A stretch of DNA of 64,000 nucleotides from Escherichia phage ECD7. Each line of letters starts with the position of its first letter. Within the stretch, counting starts at the first letter, position 1. Under the pieces are notes generated by a model. That model was not told the DNA's origin, made no database searches, and saw only the letters and a program-made list of their open reading frames with translations. Below, piece by piece: positions 19,554-28,010 of the stretch. The translations under genes and the position numbers were made by a program. The stretch lies in sequence record NC_041936.1; one strand, written 5' to 3'.

Positions 19554-20374
19554 TTAGTCACCTCACCGAAAATTGTAAATTGTCTACGATTCTCATCGCC
19601 GAAAGATTCTACTACGTCGTTTACCTTGACGCAAGTCCCGCGCGGTAAAATTACTTCACATTCGCAAGGGTTCCATGCAATTGACCCAACAACAAAACCT
19701 TTATGATCTTTTACGTCAATTACCCATGATACATTACAAGAATGTTGCATCTTTCCGGTCATTGATTCATATCGATTCTCGCAATAAAGGCTAGTGCTGT
19801 TTGATAGCCATCCTCCAAAGATGATTGGTGTCATGCTGGTTGACACAAAGTTTTTAAAGGTAAATTCCTTATCTTCAATAATACGCTCTATTGTCTGAAT
19901 GTCAAGATGTTGACCGCGATAAAGAGTACCGTTTAACTTTTCGGTTTTATCCATGACACAATCCATCAAATCAACAATCTCTGATATCTCATCGGTCATG
20001 TCTTCTTCCCCTAAGAGAGCACCATTTACCCATTCGTATTGTTCGGACACATAATCACAGATTGCATTATATTCTGCTGGGGTTATGTTGTTATGTTTGT
20101 AATGTTTGAATACATTATCTCCAAAGTCTTCGGAGTGTACTTCATACATCACATTAATGATTTTCTTGACAAATCCATAATCTTGTGTCTCACGCTCAAG
20201 GAAGCGGATAACCTTCACATAATCATCAAAGTTAATCTGATCGCTGATCATCTCAGTGATCATGTAACCATTAATCCCCTCAATGTCATATGTTTCGATG
20301 TAATTATCCATACGTTCCATCATTGATTCGCGTGATTCTTCTGAAAGACGAAAATCCTGTAATTTCTTGAACAT
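19550..20374 (-). CDS. ADP-ribosyltransferase (Alt/Mod-like, 274 aa)
   Basis: R-S-E triad: LYRG, FVSTS, CECE; same motifs as the Alt C-terminus (ILYRG, YVSTS, KECE). Confidence 0.7.
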   Translation of the reverse strand: MFKKLQDFRLSEESRESMMERMDNYIETYDIEGINGYMITEMISDQINFDDYVKVIRFLERETQDYGFVKKIINVMYEVHSEDFGDNVFKHYKHNNITPAEYNAICDYVSEQYEWVNGALLGEEDMTDEISEIVDLMDCVMDKTEKLNGTLYRGQHLDIQTIERIIEDKEFTFKNFVSTSMTPIIFGGWLSNSTSLYCENRYESMTGKMQHSCNVSWVIDVKDHKGFVVGSIAWNPCECEVILPRGTCVKVNDVVESFGDENRRQFTIFGEVTK

Positions 20375-20390
20375 TTTAAACCTCCCATAT

Positions 20391-20428
20391 AACAGAAAAC
20401 GGGGCTAGTATAAAACTAGTCCCCGTTT
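20391..20428 (-). terminator. stem-loop, putative terminator downstream of alt
   Basis: AACGGGGCTAGT/ACTAGTCCCCGTT hairpin with a U-rich tail on minus. Confidence 0.45.
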
Positions 20429-20452
20429 GAGTCAACCATTATTTCTTAAAAA

Positions 20453-22504
20453 TTACATTTTAAATTTATCTGGCATTGCGTCTACAGATACCAGATCAGC
20501 GATAAGCTGACGTAGAGTTGCCTTATCTGCTTTCTTACGTTCGGTTTTAGCTTCGCTAATGAAGCTGGAGAAAGACAGGTCAGAAGCAGGTTTAACAACA
20601 CCCTCACGGATGAATGCATCACCGTCCGCGATCATCTCACCAGATTCTTGTAATGCTGCCAGTTCACTTTTGTTCATAATATGTGCCTCAATGTAATAAG
20701 TTTCTTGTGAATCCGTCGATGCCGTAGCACGAGTTACCGTATCAAAGGATAACACAACACCGCGAGGAAGTAAAATCTCGCATTCTTTGTAAGCAAATGC
20801 TTTGTTACCTACTGGCAATACAGGGATGTTTTCCGCGCCAGCGATAGAGAAAGCAACATTAGCGCCACCTTCACCGCGAGAGCCAGCCATAGAATCAACA
20901 CCAGCAACGGCACTAGCCACGTTTGCATTCCAGCCACCAAAAATATTAGGCGCAAGGGAAGTGCTCACATAGTTTTTAAAGTAAAACGCTTTTTGCTTAC
21001 GTGCAGTTTCCCACATTTGCGACCGGAAGTCCATACCACGATACAGAATAGTACCCGGATCAAGTTTAACACCATAGTTAGAGAAGGCATTATCCAGTGC
21101 ATCGCACATCTTGACCAATTCTTCTGGATCTGCGATTCCCTCAAACTCTTCCAGCTTGCGATCAGTTAGGAAGTTGTTCATATTGATGTATGCTGCATCG
21201 GCATATTCGCTCAACACAAAACCTTCCGCGCCCGGCAGATCAAGATCAATATCTGCCATCATTTCACCCATGTTGCTAGCAATTGCTTCAAACATACCGG
21301 ACGCAACATTACGAAGGGCATCGGTTTTAATCTGGGTGATATGACTACGCAGCATTTCAGCTTTTACATCTGCTGGCATAGACTGGTCTACTCGATCCAT
21401 TGCCAGGGCGGTGATCTTGTTTTCGAATACTTCCTCGCTCATGATTTCTTTTAAGCGTTTGATTGAGGCTGCGATAACTTCCGCAGACAACGGATCATAT
21501 TGATCCTGAACTTTTACCAGTTCGCTTACTGCGTATTTTGCATCGGCTTCGCTTTCAAAAATAGTACGCATGAAACCATAGCGAGTGATAATATCACTTG
21601 TCCAGTCATTCAGAGAACGGGCGGTTGAACGTTCTAAGGCTTGACGGTCAATCAGAGTATTAAACTGTTTCTTAGGTTCGGCTTCGGTGATATCTTCTTC
21701 CGGTTTAAGATTAATTTTTTCTGGATGATTCACGTAGTCGCTGTTATAGGTCGCTTGAGTTTTCAGCATTTCTTCTTTAGTCAAACGAGATTTAGCCGCT
21801 ACGCGTTGTTCTGCTTCCGCGTTTCGTTCTTCTTCTGACACAAGACTAGCCGCATACGCCTCATCTTTAGTCAGAGATTCACCAGTAGCCTTAGATACCC
21901 AGCGATCACCTAAATCACTTTCTACTTTAGTGAACAAGGATTCATCAAGTTTAATCCCTTTAATCTTATCAATCGCCATCCCGCGACGTTTGACAACAAC
22001 TAAAGCGATCTTTTTGCTGGTCATTACTTCCTGCTGGAATACTTCAAACTTCGGTGTACGACGCACCAAACGCTCTATAACGCGCTTAACCAGTTCGGTC
22101 TTACCTTTCATGCGGGATACGTTAAAACGGAACATAACAGCGTCTAATTGCGCTTTACGGGCTGTTTCCATAACCACATCAAAAGCACTTGCCATAACTG
22201 CAATCGGGTTATCACCTAGACCATTTTTAAGCTGTACAATACGACCGCTTTTGTTCATTTCACACAGTACAACGTGTGCGGTCTTGTCACCCATACGAAT
22301 AATTTTAGGTGTTTTGTTGGTGAAGTTGCAAAGACGGACAATCACATCTTTATCGCGTGTCTGTACTGCAAAAAGCTGTTTAGGATTCTGCTTAGGCTTT
22401 AAGCATTGTACCGGAGCAATACTGCCAAAGTTTTCTTCCTCTTCCGTCAACAGCCATTTCTCGAAAGATTCAATCATTAGATCGTCGATTTCTAAGTTAA
22501 ACAT
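20453..22504 (-). CDS. alt: Alt ADP-ribosyltransferase (packaged internal head protein)
   Basis: 683 aa (T4 Alt is 682); C-terminal ART motifs; position after gene 54 as in T4. Confidence 0.85.
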   Translation of the reverse strand: MFNLEIDDLMIESFEKWLLTEEEENFGSIAPVQCLKPKQNPKQLFAVQTRDKDVIVRLCNFTNKTPKIIRMGDKTAHVVLCEMNKSGRIVQLKNGLGDNPIAVMASAFDVVMETARKAQLDAVMFRFNVSRMKGKTELVKRVIERLVRRTPKFEVFQQEVMTSKKIALVVVKRRGMAIDKIKGIKLDESLFTKVESDLGDRWVSKATGESLTKDEAYAASLVSEEERNAEAEQRVAAKSRLTKEEMLKTQATYNSDYVNHPEKINLKPEEDITEAEPKKQFNTLIDRQALERSTARSLNDWTSDIITRYGFMRTIFESEADAKYAVSELVKVQDQYDPLSAEVIAASIKRLKEIMSEEVFENKITALAMDRVDQSMPADVKAEMLRSHITQIKTDALRNVASGMFEAIASNMGEMMADIDLDLPGAEGFVLSEYADAAYINMNNFLTDRKLEEFEGIADPEELVKMCDALDNAFSNYGVKLDPGTILYRGMDFRSQMWETARKQKAFYFKNYVSTSLAPNIFGGWNANVASAVAGVDSMAGSRGEGGANVAFSIAGAENIPVLPVGNKAFAYKECEILLPRGVVLSFDTVTRATASTDSQETYYIEAHIMNKSELAALQESGEMIADGDAFIREGVVKPASDLSFSSFISEAKTERKKADKATLRQLIADLVSVDAMPDKFKM

Positions 22505-22545
22505 TTTATATCCTCTAGTTGATAACCTATAAACCTATATTTATG

Positions 22546-22570
22546 AAAAAGGGGCTTAACGCCCCCTTTT
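22546..22570 (-). terminator. symmetric GC hairpin terminator
   Basis: AAAAGGGGC-TTAA-CGCCCCCTTTT. Confidence 0.55.
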
Positions 22571-22571
22571 A

Positions 22572-22784
22572 TTATAATGCACCATCAAGCAATTGCTCTA
22601 AGGTGTATCCTGAATAGTCTTTTTCAATCAGGATATATTTTCCTACTCGTTTAATCCAACCGCGCATTTCAACGTATTCTGCGTAGTTGATGGTGCGAGT
22701 TGTTCCATCTTCCAGTAATGCAGTACCGATTTCGTTGATGCGGTCATAAGTTACGTCGGTAATGATGATTTCGATGTTAGCCAT
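22572..22784 (-). CDS. small hypothetical protein (70 aa, MANIEIII...)
   Basis: start set at the internal Met downstream of its own promoter; the track ORF runs into the promoter. Confidence 0.4.
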   Translation of the reverse strand: MANIEIIITDVTYDRINEIGTALLEDGTTRTINYAEYVEMRGWIKRVGKYILIEKDYSGYTLEQLLDGAL

Positions 22785-22820
22785 TTGATACTCATTAGTA
22801 GTTCGTTTCGGTATGTGTGC

Positions 22821-22849
22821 ATTATAGGGGATCACCGATCCCTTGTCAA
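22821..22849 (-). promoter_or_regulatory. sigma70-like early promoter with palindromic spacer (PeSL-type)
   Basis: minus strand TTGACA - 17 nt GGGGATC..GATCCCC spacer - TATAAT. Confidence 0.6.
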
Positions 22850-22857
22850 CAACTTTT

Positions 22858-23376
22858 TTAGTTATTTTTTAATTGCTCATCTTGCAATAGGGCAATCACA
22901 TGCTGGCGATGTTCTTCCGATTGAGGCACACCGAAAAAGTTTGTTTTGTAGAAATACTCTAATCGGTCTTCTCGTGTGCTCTCTTCCATCATGATCGCGG
23001 GTAGTCCGAGATTTCGGAAACGTCGCTTTTCTGCTGGCGTAAAATCACTGTAATACAGCATATAATCATCATTACCAGCAATGCTAAACTCATCCTTCAT
23101 GAAAGAGAATATTGCGTTTAAACGCTGTTTACCGTCCACGATTTCGATTTCATAGCGAGAGCCATCATCAATCTTAGCCATTGCGATAGCACCAACCGGA
23201 AAATCATTAATCAGGTTTTCGATAAACATACGTTTGTTTTCTGTGTCCCATACCAAAGGACGCTGATAATCTGGGTTCATGTTGATATAGCCATCTTCTA
23301 ACCATGCTTCGTAAACAGAGATGACAAAGTTTTTAGTATTGGTATAGTAACGGCGTTTAGGCGTTAAACGGTTCAT
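22858..23376 (-). CDS. DUF262 (ParB-like / GmrSD N-terminal domain) protein
   Basis: DYQRPLVW and IVDGKQRL motifs typical of DUF262; start at internal Met with AGGAG RBS. Confidence 0.55.
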   Translation of the reverse strand: MNRLTPKRRYYTNTKNFVISVYEAWLEDGYINMNPDYQRPLVWDTENKRMFIENLINDFPVGAIAMAKIDDGSRYEIEIVDGKQRLNAIFSFMKDEFSIAGNDDYMLYYSDFTPAEKRRFRNLGLPAIMMEESTREDRLEYFYKTNFFGVPQSEEHRQHVIALLQDEQLKNN

Positions 23377-23377
23377 A

Positions 23378-23707
23378 TTATAGTCTCCTGAATGGATCAT
23401 CACGTAAATCAATATCTTTTAAGAACTCATCCCATGAATGGCGGATATTGTTCTTAATTCTCCAGATAAGCGCAGGGATTGAACGCTCTCCCATCTGGAA
23501 GTAAGGATCATATGATCCGTATGCCCAATATGCTACTACAATTCCACAATCAGCGCAATAGTATTCTATTTCACTTGCTGGCGACCAAAGTCCATCAATA
23601 TGATCAGTGATCTTGCTTTCGATGTTATGGCTATGACAATCAGGGCAACGGATGCAATGACCTTGTTTATCGTAATTTGACGTTAGAGAATACTTAAACA
23701 ATCTCAT
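23378..23707 (-). CDS. zinc-ribbon protein (109 aa)
   Basis: CxxC...CxxC (CIRCPDC ... CADCG); TAATG coupling to the methyltransferase-like gene. Confidence 0.5.
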   Translation of the reverse strand: MRLFKYSLTSNYDKQGHCIRCPDCHSHNIESKITDHIDGLWSPASEIEYYCADCGIVVAYWAYGSYDPYFQMGERSIPALIWRIKNNIRHSWDEFLKDIDLRDDPFRRL

Positions 23708-24423
23708 TATAGATCCTTATTGGCTTCAAATACTGCCTTTGCGAATCCTCGCGGCGTAAGTGACCTGATAGTCTTTGTTCTGGTTCCTTTCCCGCCTAGC
23801 TTAGAATGCTGTTTGCTGTACCCTTTATTAATCTGCAACGGTTTCTTTTCTGGCATTATAAAGCCTTGTCCGGTCCATAAGCAAGTCTTTTTCGGGTACA
23901 TATCACGGGCGGCAATATACTCAGGAAACGTAGGATGCTTATCATCTTCCGGCAAATAACCGCCATATTCCCACGGATGGAACATGTAATCAGGCTTACG
24001 CCACATACTAGAGATAACGCTTACAGGATTCTCTATCATATAGGGAACTCCTAGCCATTCACCCAAATAAGCGGTTATTTTAGCTGCCCGTACATCATGA
24101 ACTTGAATCAATGGTCCTTGTTCTCGTTTCTTTCGTTCAAAGTGTGCAGCGCCACTAACAGCTAAATTGGTGCACGGTGGGAATGCAAATATAATATCCG
24201 GTTTCCCCCATTCAAGGTCCATTGCTCTTTCCAGCCAGTTCAAATCAATCCAGGTGTTTACATAGGTAATGTTTGGATGTTCAAATCTGGTATTATACTT
24301 TTTGTATGTACCGTGGTCGGCGTCATCCGCATTAAAGCAGACTACCTTATGACCTGCTTTAGCCCATTCTAGCCCCATTATCCCCGATCCGTCAAAGTTG
24401 CAGAATATTAATTTTTGTTTCAT
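23707..24423 (-). CDS. cytosine-5 methyltransferase-like protein (238 aa)
   Basis: N-terminal FxGxG (FCNFDGSGIMG), catalytic-type FPPC, and ENP motif in the order of C5-MTase motifs I, IV, VI; short for a DNA MTase. Confidence 0.45.
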   Translation of the reverse strand: MKQKLIFCNFDGSGIMGLEWAKAGHKVVCFNADDADHGTYKKYNTRFEHPNITYVNTWIDLNWLERAMDLEWGKPDIIFAFPPCTNLAVSGAAHFERKKREQGPLIQVHDVRAAKITAYLGEWLGVPYMIENPVSVISSMWRKPDYMFHPWEYGGYLPEDDKHPTFPEYIAARDMYPKKTCLWTGQGFIMPEKKPLQINKGYSKQHSKLGGKGTRTKTIRSLTPRGFAKAVFEANKDL

Positions 24424-24665
24424 ATACGACCCTTTAACCCAGCACAGATTTTAGTCGGTTCTTTACCGTGCCACATTAAGTAAAGTCCGTTAGTGCGGCC
24501 TTGTTTTGTATATGATTCTTTTCTGATCTTCTTATAGTATCGTGCTTCCTCAGCCGATTGTTTAGAATGCCGATCATAAAGGAAGAGGAACAAAGGCCAA
24601 CCATTAGCGGCCTTAATGCAGTTATTAAGAAATTCCTTATTGCGTTTAATTAATTTTCTTTTCAC
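24420..24665 (-). CDS. small basic hypothetical protein (81 aa)
   Basis: ATGA-coupled within the operon. Confidence 0.45.
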   Translation of the reverse strand: MKRKLIKRNKEFLNNCIKAANGWPLFLFLYDRHSKQSAEEARYYKKIRKESYTKQGRTNGLYLMWHGKEPTKICAGLKGRI

Positions 24666-24913
24666 GCTGCCCCCATTGGTTTGATAGTAACAGAATCTAA
24701 AAGACCTTTGTTAGCCAGTTCGCGGCAAGTTTTCAGATCCGTAACTTCCCAGCCAGCCGCAATCAGGTTATCAATGAGGCTGTTAGCAACTTCCTCGCTC
24801 ATGAAAGAGCACTGTTTGCCGATGGTGTAGCGCACACGCTGTAATTTCAGTTTACGGAAGCCTTTAACGTTCAGGTCTTTAGCGATTTTCTTTGCGGTTT
24901 CGATGTTAGCCAT
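24662..24913 (-). CDS. small hypothetical protein (83 aa)
   Basis: first ORF behind the promoter at 24954-24982. Confidence 0.5.
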   Translation of the reverse strand: MANIETAKKIAKDLNVKGFRKLKLQRVRYTIGKQCSFMSEEVANSLIDNLIAAGWEVTDLKTCRELANKGLLDSVTIKPMGAA

Positions 24914-24953
24914 TGTTTGATTCTCCTAAGTGGTATCTCGTCTTGATGGTTGT

Positions 24954-24982
24954 ATTGTAGGGGAGTTATCCTCCCCTGTCAA
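24954..24982 (-). promoter_or_regulatory. sigma70-like early promoter with palindromic spacer
   Basis: minus TTGACA - 17 nt (GGGGAGGATAACTCCCC) - TACAAT. Confidence 0.55.
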
Positions 24983-24996
24983 CACTTTTTATAAAA

Positions 24997-25164
24997 TTAT
25001 TTGTTAATTTCTGGTGCGTTGCTCGGATAGTAACCTTCTTTAACGCCCAGGTATTTCGCAACCATCCCTACAATCTTCTGTGCTACTACAATGTCAAATT
25101 TCAGATAATCTTCGCCGTGGGTTTCAATGATATATGCTTCACATGCTGCTTTAGTCTCGAACAT
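24997..25164 (-). CDS. small protein (55 aa), paralog of 28255-28422
   Basis: MFETKAACEAYIIETHGEDYLKFDIVVAQKI...; 50/55 residues identical to the second copy. Confidence 0.5.
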   Translation of the reverse strand: MFETKAACEAYIIETHGEDYLKFDIVVAQKIVGMVAKYLGVKEGYYPSNAPEINK

Positions 25165-25197
25165 TTTGATTCTCCTATTTCGTTTCGGTATGGGTGT

Positions 25198-25227
25198 ATT
25201 ATAGGGGATCTCCCGATCCCCGTCAAC
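25198..25227 (-). promoter_or_regulatory. sigma70-like early promoter with palindromic spacer
   Basis: minus TTGACG - GGGATCGGGAGATCCCC - TATAAT. Confidence 0.6.
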
Positions 25228-25240
25228 AACTTTTTTAAAA

Positions 25241-25522
25241 TTATTCGTGATTAGTTTCGATGTTGTGCATTTTGCACCAGTTCAGCCAATCGCCCAGATC
25301 TTGATAGTTGATGCTTTTATCTGCTGCCATCGTTTTTGTCTTGATACCCATATGTGCGTTATGAGTAAGCATTTTTACAGTGAACTCAATTTTATCGCCT
25401 TTAGCTTTAACATCAACCAGTTTGGTCCACTGGCTACCAGCGCCGCGAATGTTCATGCCAACGATGTTTCCGATGTATGCTTCTTTGTTTTTCAGGATTT
25501 CGGTTGCTTTGATGAATTTCAT
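25241..25522 (-). CDS. small hypothetical protein (93 aa)
   Basis: ORF with its own promoter. Confidence 0.5.
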   Translation of the reverse strand: MKFIKATEILKNKEAYIGNIVGMNIRGAGSQWTKLVDVKAKGDKIEFTVKMLTHNAHMGIKTKTMAADKSINYQDLGDWLNWCKMHNIETNHE

Positions 25523-25555
25523 TTTTGATTCTCCAGTTCGTTTCGGTATGGGTGT

Positions 25556-25584
25556 ATTATGCTATGTTCTTACTTTGGTGTCAA
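25556..25584 (-). promoter_or_regulatory. sigma70-like early promoter (no palindrome)
   Basis: minus TTGACA - 17 nt - CATAAT. Confidence 0.5.
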
Positions 25585-25591
25585 CAACTTT

Positions 25592-25861
25592 TTAGATATT
25601 TTCAGAAATAAATTTTAAAACTTGACGTAAATGTTTCTCATCTTTGATAGTCGCCGGAAGTTCTTCTTTTACTTCCTGTGCAAGATAGATATTTCCGTTC
25701 CAAGTGAAAGATCCGTCTTCGTTTACGCGATAGCTGAACATCCACTCGCAATCATTTTCGATTTCATATACACACAGAAGGGTGTAATCGTTAAAGCTAT
25801 TGATTTCAAGGTCGAAGCCGTGACGTTTTGCAAAGTTGGTAGTGGTTTTAGTCAGTGCCAT
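25592..25861 (-). CDS. small hypothetical protein (89 aa)
   Basis: ORF with its own promoter. Confidence 0.5.
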   Translation of the reverse strand: MALTKTTTNFAKRHGFDLEINSFNDYTLLCVYEIENDCEWMFSYRVNEDGSFTWNGNIYLAQEVKEELPATIKDEKHLRQVLKFISENI

Positions 25862-25901
25862 TGTTTGATTCTCCTAAGTGGTATCTAGTTTCGATGGGTG
25901 T

Positions 25902-25930
25902 ATTATGCTATACACAGGATCTGGTGTCAA
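25902..25930 (-). promoter_or_regulatory. sigma70-like early promoter
   Basis: minus TTGACA - 17 nt - CATAAT. Confidence 0.5.
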
Positions 25931-25954
25931 TGCCTTTTTTAAAATTTTATGCAA

Positions 25955-25980
25955 TAAAAAAGCCGACGCTATGGTCGGCT
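25955..25980 (-). terminator. rho-independent terminator
   Basis: AGCCGAC/GTCGGCT hairpin with A-run on plus. Confidence 0.55.
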
Positions 25981-25987
25981 AATAAAA

Positions 25988-26296
25988 TCATTTAGACAAA
26001 TAATCATTCTGTGCAATCCGGTCGGCGTATGCTGGTGTTATGTCAATCGCCAGCACTTTAACGCGTGCTTTCTTGCGACCTGGGTTTTCTCGTAACCAGT
26101 GCTCATGACCGTGAATATTTTTATACTGCGATGCTTCTTCGAAGGTACGGATCGGACCTGGGTAATCAGCGTAAAGGATCTCTAGATCTTCGGTGATGTA
26201 AAAATATACATCGTAATTGCTGTTCTCTAGCTTAAGCAGAGACTTTCGGAACATTGGGAGATTTTCGCGGGTAAATTCAAAGATATTATCTTTCAT
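25988..26296 (-). CDS. HxHW-family small protein, member 1 (102 aa)
   Basis: YDVYFYITEDLEI...HGHEHWL...KVLAIDI; shares the family motif with five paralogs. Confidence 0.55.
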   Translation of the reverse strand: MKDNIFEFTRENLPMFRKSLLKLENSNYDVYFYITEDLEILYADYPGPIRTFEEASQYKNIHGHEHWLRENPGRKKARVKVLAIDITPAYADRIAQNDYLSK

Positions 26297-26319
26297 AGTA
26301 TTATCCTCAATAGTTGGAT

Positions 26320-26340
26320 GAAAAGGGGCGTTAACGCCCC
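26320..26340 (-). terminator. GC hairpin (terminator or attenuator)
   Basis: GGGGCG-TTAA-CGCCCC between two same-strand genes. Confidence 0.4.
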
Positions 26341-26346
26341 CATATA

Positions 26347-26634
26347 TTAAAACAGTCCTTCCTGTACACCGTAGTAGAGTTCGTCGCTGATAATTTCATT
26401 AATGCGACGGTGTGCATATTCCTGATTTGCGAAGTTGTCAGCAAGTTCTACTTTAGTTTCGCCGTCATGAGTCCATTTAGTGATAACTTTACCATCTGCA
26501 AATTTGAAGTTGAACTCTTTAGCTACTGCATCGCGTACCAGACGTGCAAACTTATTGTTGCGGATTGCATTGTCGGTTTCGTGTGCAGCGTGAGCAAATT
26601 TGTTAACTTTCAGAGTGATAGTGATGTATGCCAT
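26347..26634 (-). CDS. small hypothetical protein (95 aa), paralog of 29640-29951
   Basis: shared segment AKEFNxK. Confidence 0.5.
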   Translation of the reverse strand: MAYITITLKVNKFAHAAHETDNAIRNNKFARLVRDAVAKEFNFKFADGKVITKWTHDGETKVELADNFANQEYAHRRINEIISDELYYGVQEGLF

Positions 26635-26680
26635 AATTTGATTCTCCTAGTTAGAAAGTGTATCTCGTTTCGATGGGGAT

Positions 26681-26709
26681 ATTATGCTATACCCCCGATC
26701 TGGTGTCAA
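26681..26709 (-). promoter_or_regulatory. sigma70-like early promoter
   Basis: minus TTGACA - 17 nt - CATAAT. Confidence 0.5.
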
Positions 26710-26715
26710 CACTTT

Positions 26716-26994
26716 TTATAAAATAATTTTTTGATATTTTTCTATGATGTTCGTGTAAGTCACATCAACCGCTAGCACCGTTGCTTCGAATCCACCGTTT
26801 AGCCAATGGCTATGATCATGGTCGTGAAAGAAACCTAGTCCAGTACGAAGACCTTCTTTATATTCTGCGCGTACATTCAGTTTGTCGTCGATAAACAGAT
26901 AAAACCATGAATTTTTACTAGGATTGATGATACAACCTTTCAGATTAGGGAGAATATCACGACTAAGAATAAATTTATCACCTACTTTGAACAT
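26716..26994 (-). CDS. HxHW-family small protein, member 2
   Basis: WFYLFIDDKLNV...HDHDHSHWL...VLAVDV; start set at ATG with RBS (the track start is GTG). Confidence 0.55.
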   Translation of the reverse strand: MFKVGDKFILSRDILPNLKGCIINPSKNSWFYLFIDDKLNVRAEYKEGLRTGLGFFHDHDHSHWLNGGFEATVLAVDVTYTNIIEKYQKIIL

Positions 26995-26998
26995 AATA

Positions 26999-27319
26999 TT
27001 AGTCCTCACTTATAAGGTCAAACCAATTGTTTTTCGCATAATGCTTAATGCGTGCTTGATCTGCTTCCGCTGGTGATAGATTCCATGCAACCACTACAAC
27101 TTCTGACGCATCGTCATCAGTTTCTGATACCCAATGATTGTGATTCATACAGTTATTTGCTATCGAGTGAGCAAATGATTTCATCACTGGAGACGTATAA
27201 TCATAGTAACGGATTTTCAGATTTTCATCAACATACAAATAGATCGTATAAGGTTTATATTCAGTAACCAGTAACAGACAGTTACGCAATTCTGGGAAAA
27301 TCTTTTTAGTTAATTTCAT
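26999..27319 (-). CDS. HxHW-family small protein, member 3 (106 aa)
   Basis: YTIYLYVDENLKI...NHNHWV...VVVAWNL. Confidence 0.5.
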   Translation of the reverse strand: MKLTKKIFPELRNCLLLVTEYKPYTIYLYVDENLKIRYYDYTSPVMKSFAHSIANNCMNHNHWVSETDDDASEVVVVAWNLSPAEADQARIKHYAKNNWFDLISED

Positions 27320-27521
27320 ATTCTAGTTCTCCGTAATACACAGTAATCCATTTTTCTTCATACTTTGTATCTTTCCAGCACACAACCCCGTTTACTGTGC
27401 AATCTTTGGAATTGACGAATGATTCATATTGTTCTGCATCTTCCATCATTTCATGAGCGGTCTTTTCATCGAATATATCGCAGATCGCTTTATATGCTCG
27501 ATAATCTTTAAATTTGCTCAT
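27306..27521 (-). CDS. small protein MSKFKDY..., tandem paralog a
   Basis: N-terminus MSKFKDYRAY shared with the adjacent gene. Confidence 0.45.
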   Translation of the reverse strand: MSKFKDYRAYKAICDIFDEKTAHEMMEDAEQYESFVNSKDCTVNGVVCWKDTKYEEKWITVYYGELEYEIN

Positions 27522-27523
27522 AA

Positions 27524-27733
27524 TTAACACCACTCAAGAGTTTTTGAAAACACATCTATCCATTGTTGAGTATATGCGGTTTCTTTCCATGATACAATAC
27601 CAGTCGAATAATGGTTTTTGTTTCCAGAAAAGGACGGGCATTTTGATGCATCTTCCATCATCTTTTCGGCGAACTCTGGTGCGTATACTCGCAAGATCTG
27701 TTGATATGCTTTGTAGTCTTTAAATTTGCTCAT
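27524..27733 (-). CDS. small protein MSKFKDY..., tandem paralog b (69 aa)
   Basis: N-terminus MSKFKDYKAY; W...W.....W pattern shared. Confidence 0.45.
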   Translation of the reverse strand: MSKFKDYKAYQQILRVYAPEFAEKMMEDASKCPSFSGNKNHYSTGIVSWKETAYTQQWIDVFSKTLEWC

Positions 27734-27998
27734 AATCGTTAACTACCTTATCAGCTTCTTTTATTGTTTTTACATCAACTGCGATAATACGTAAAGGTTC
27801 GTCGAAGGTCCACCAATGATCGTGAATATCAGCTTGTGATTTATCACCAAAGGAATCACGAATATCATTTTTACATTTATAGCTAATGTGACCGTTATAG
27901 TCAACATAAAGGTAATTATCGAAAATCGGCGTTTTTAAGATCATACCGAAAAATCTTTCTTTGTGTGTCTTATCCAGCGTTGCAGTAATTCGCATCAT
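27720..27998 (-). CDS. HxHW-family small protein, member 4 (92 aa)
   Basis: NYLYVDYNGHI...HDHWW...IIAVDV. Confidence 0.55.
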   Translation of the reverse strand: MMRITATLDKTHKERFFGMILKTPIFDNYLYVDYNGHISYKCKNDIRDSFGDKSQADIHDHWWTFDEPLRIIAVDVKTIKEADKVVNDYEQI

Positions 27999-28010
27999 AA
28001 TATATTCCTC

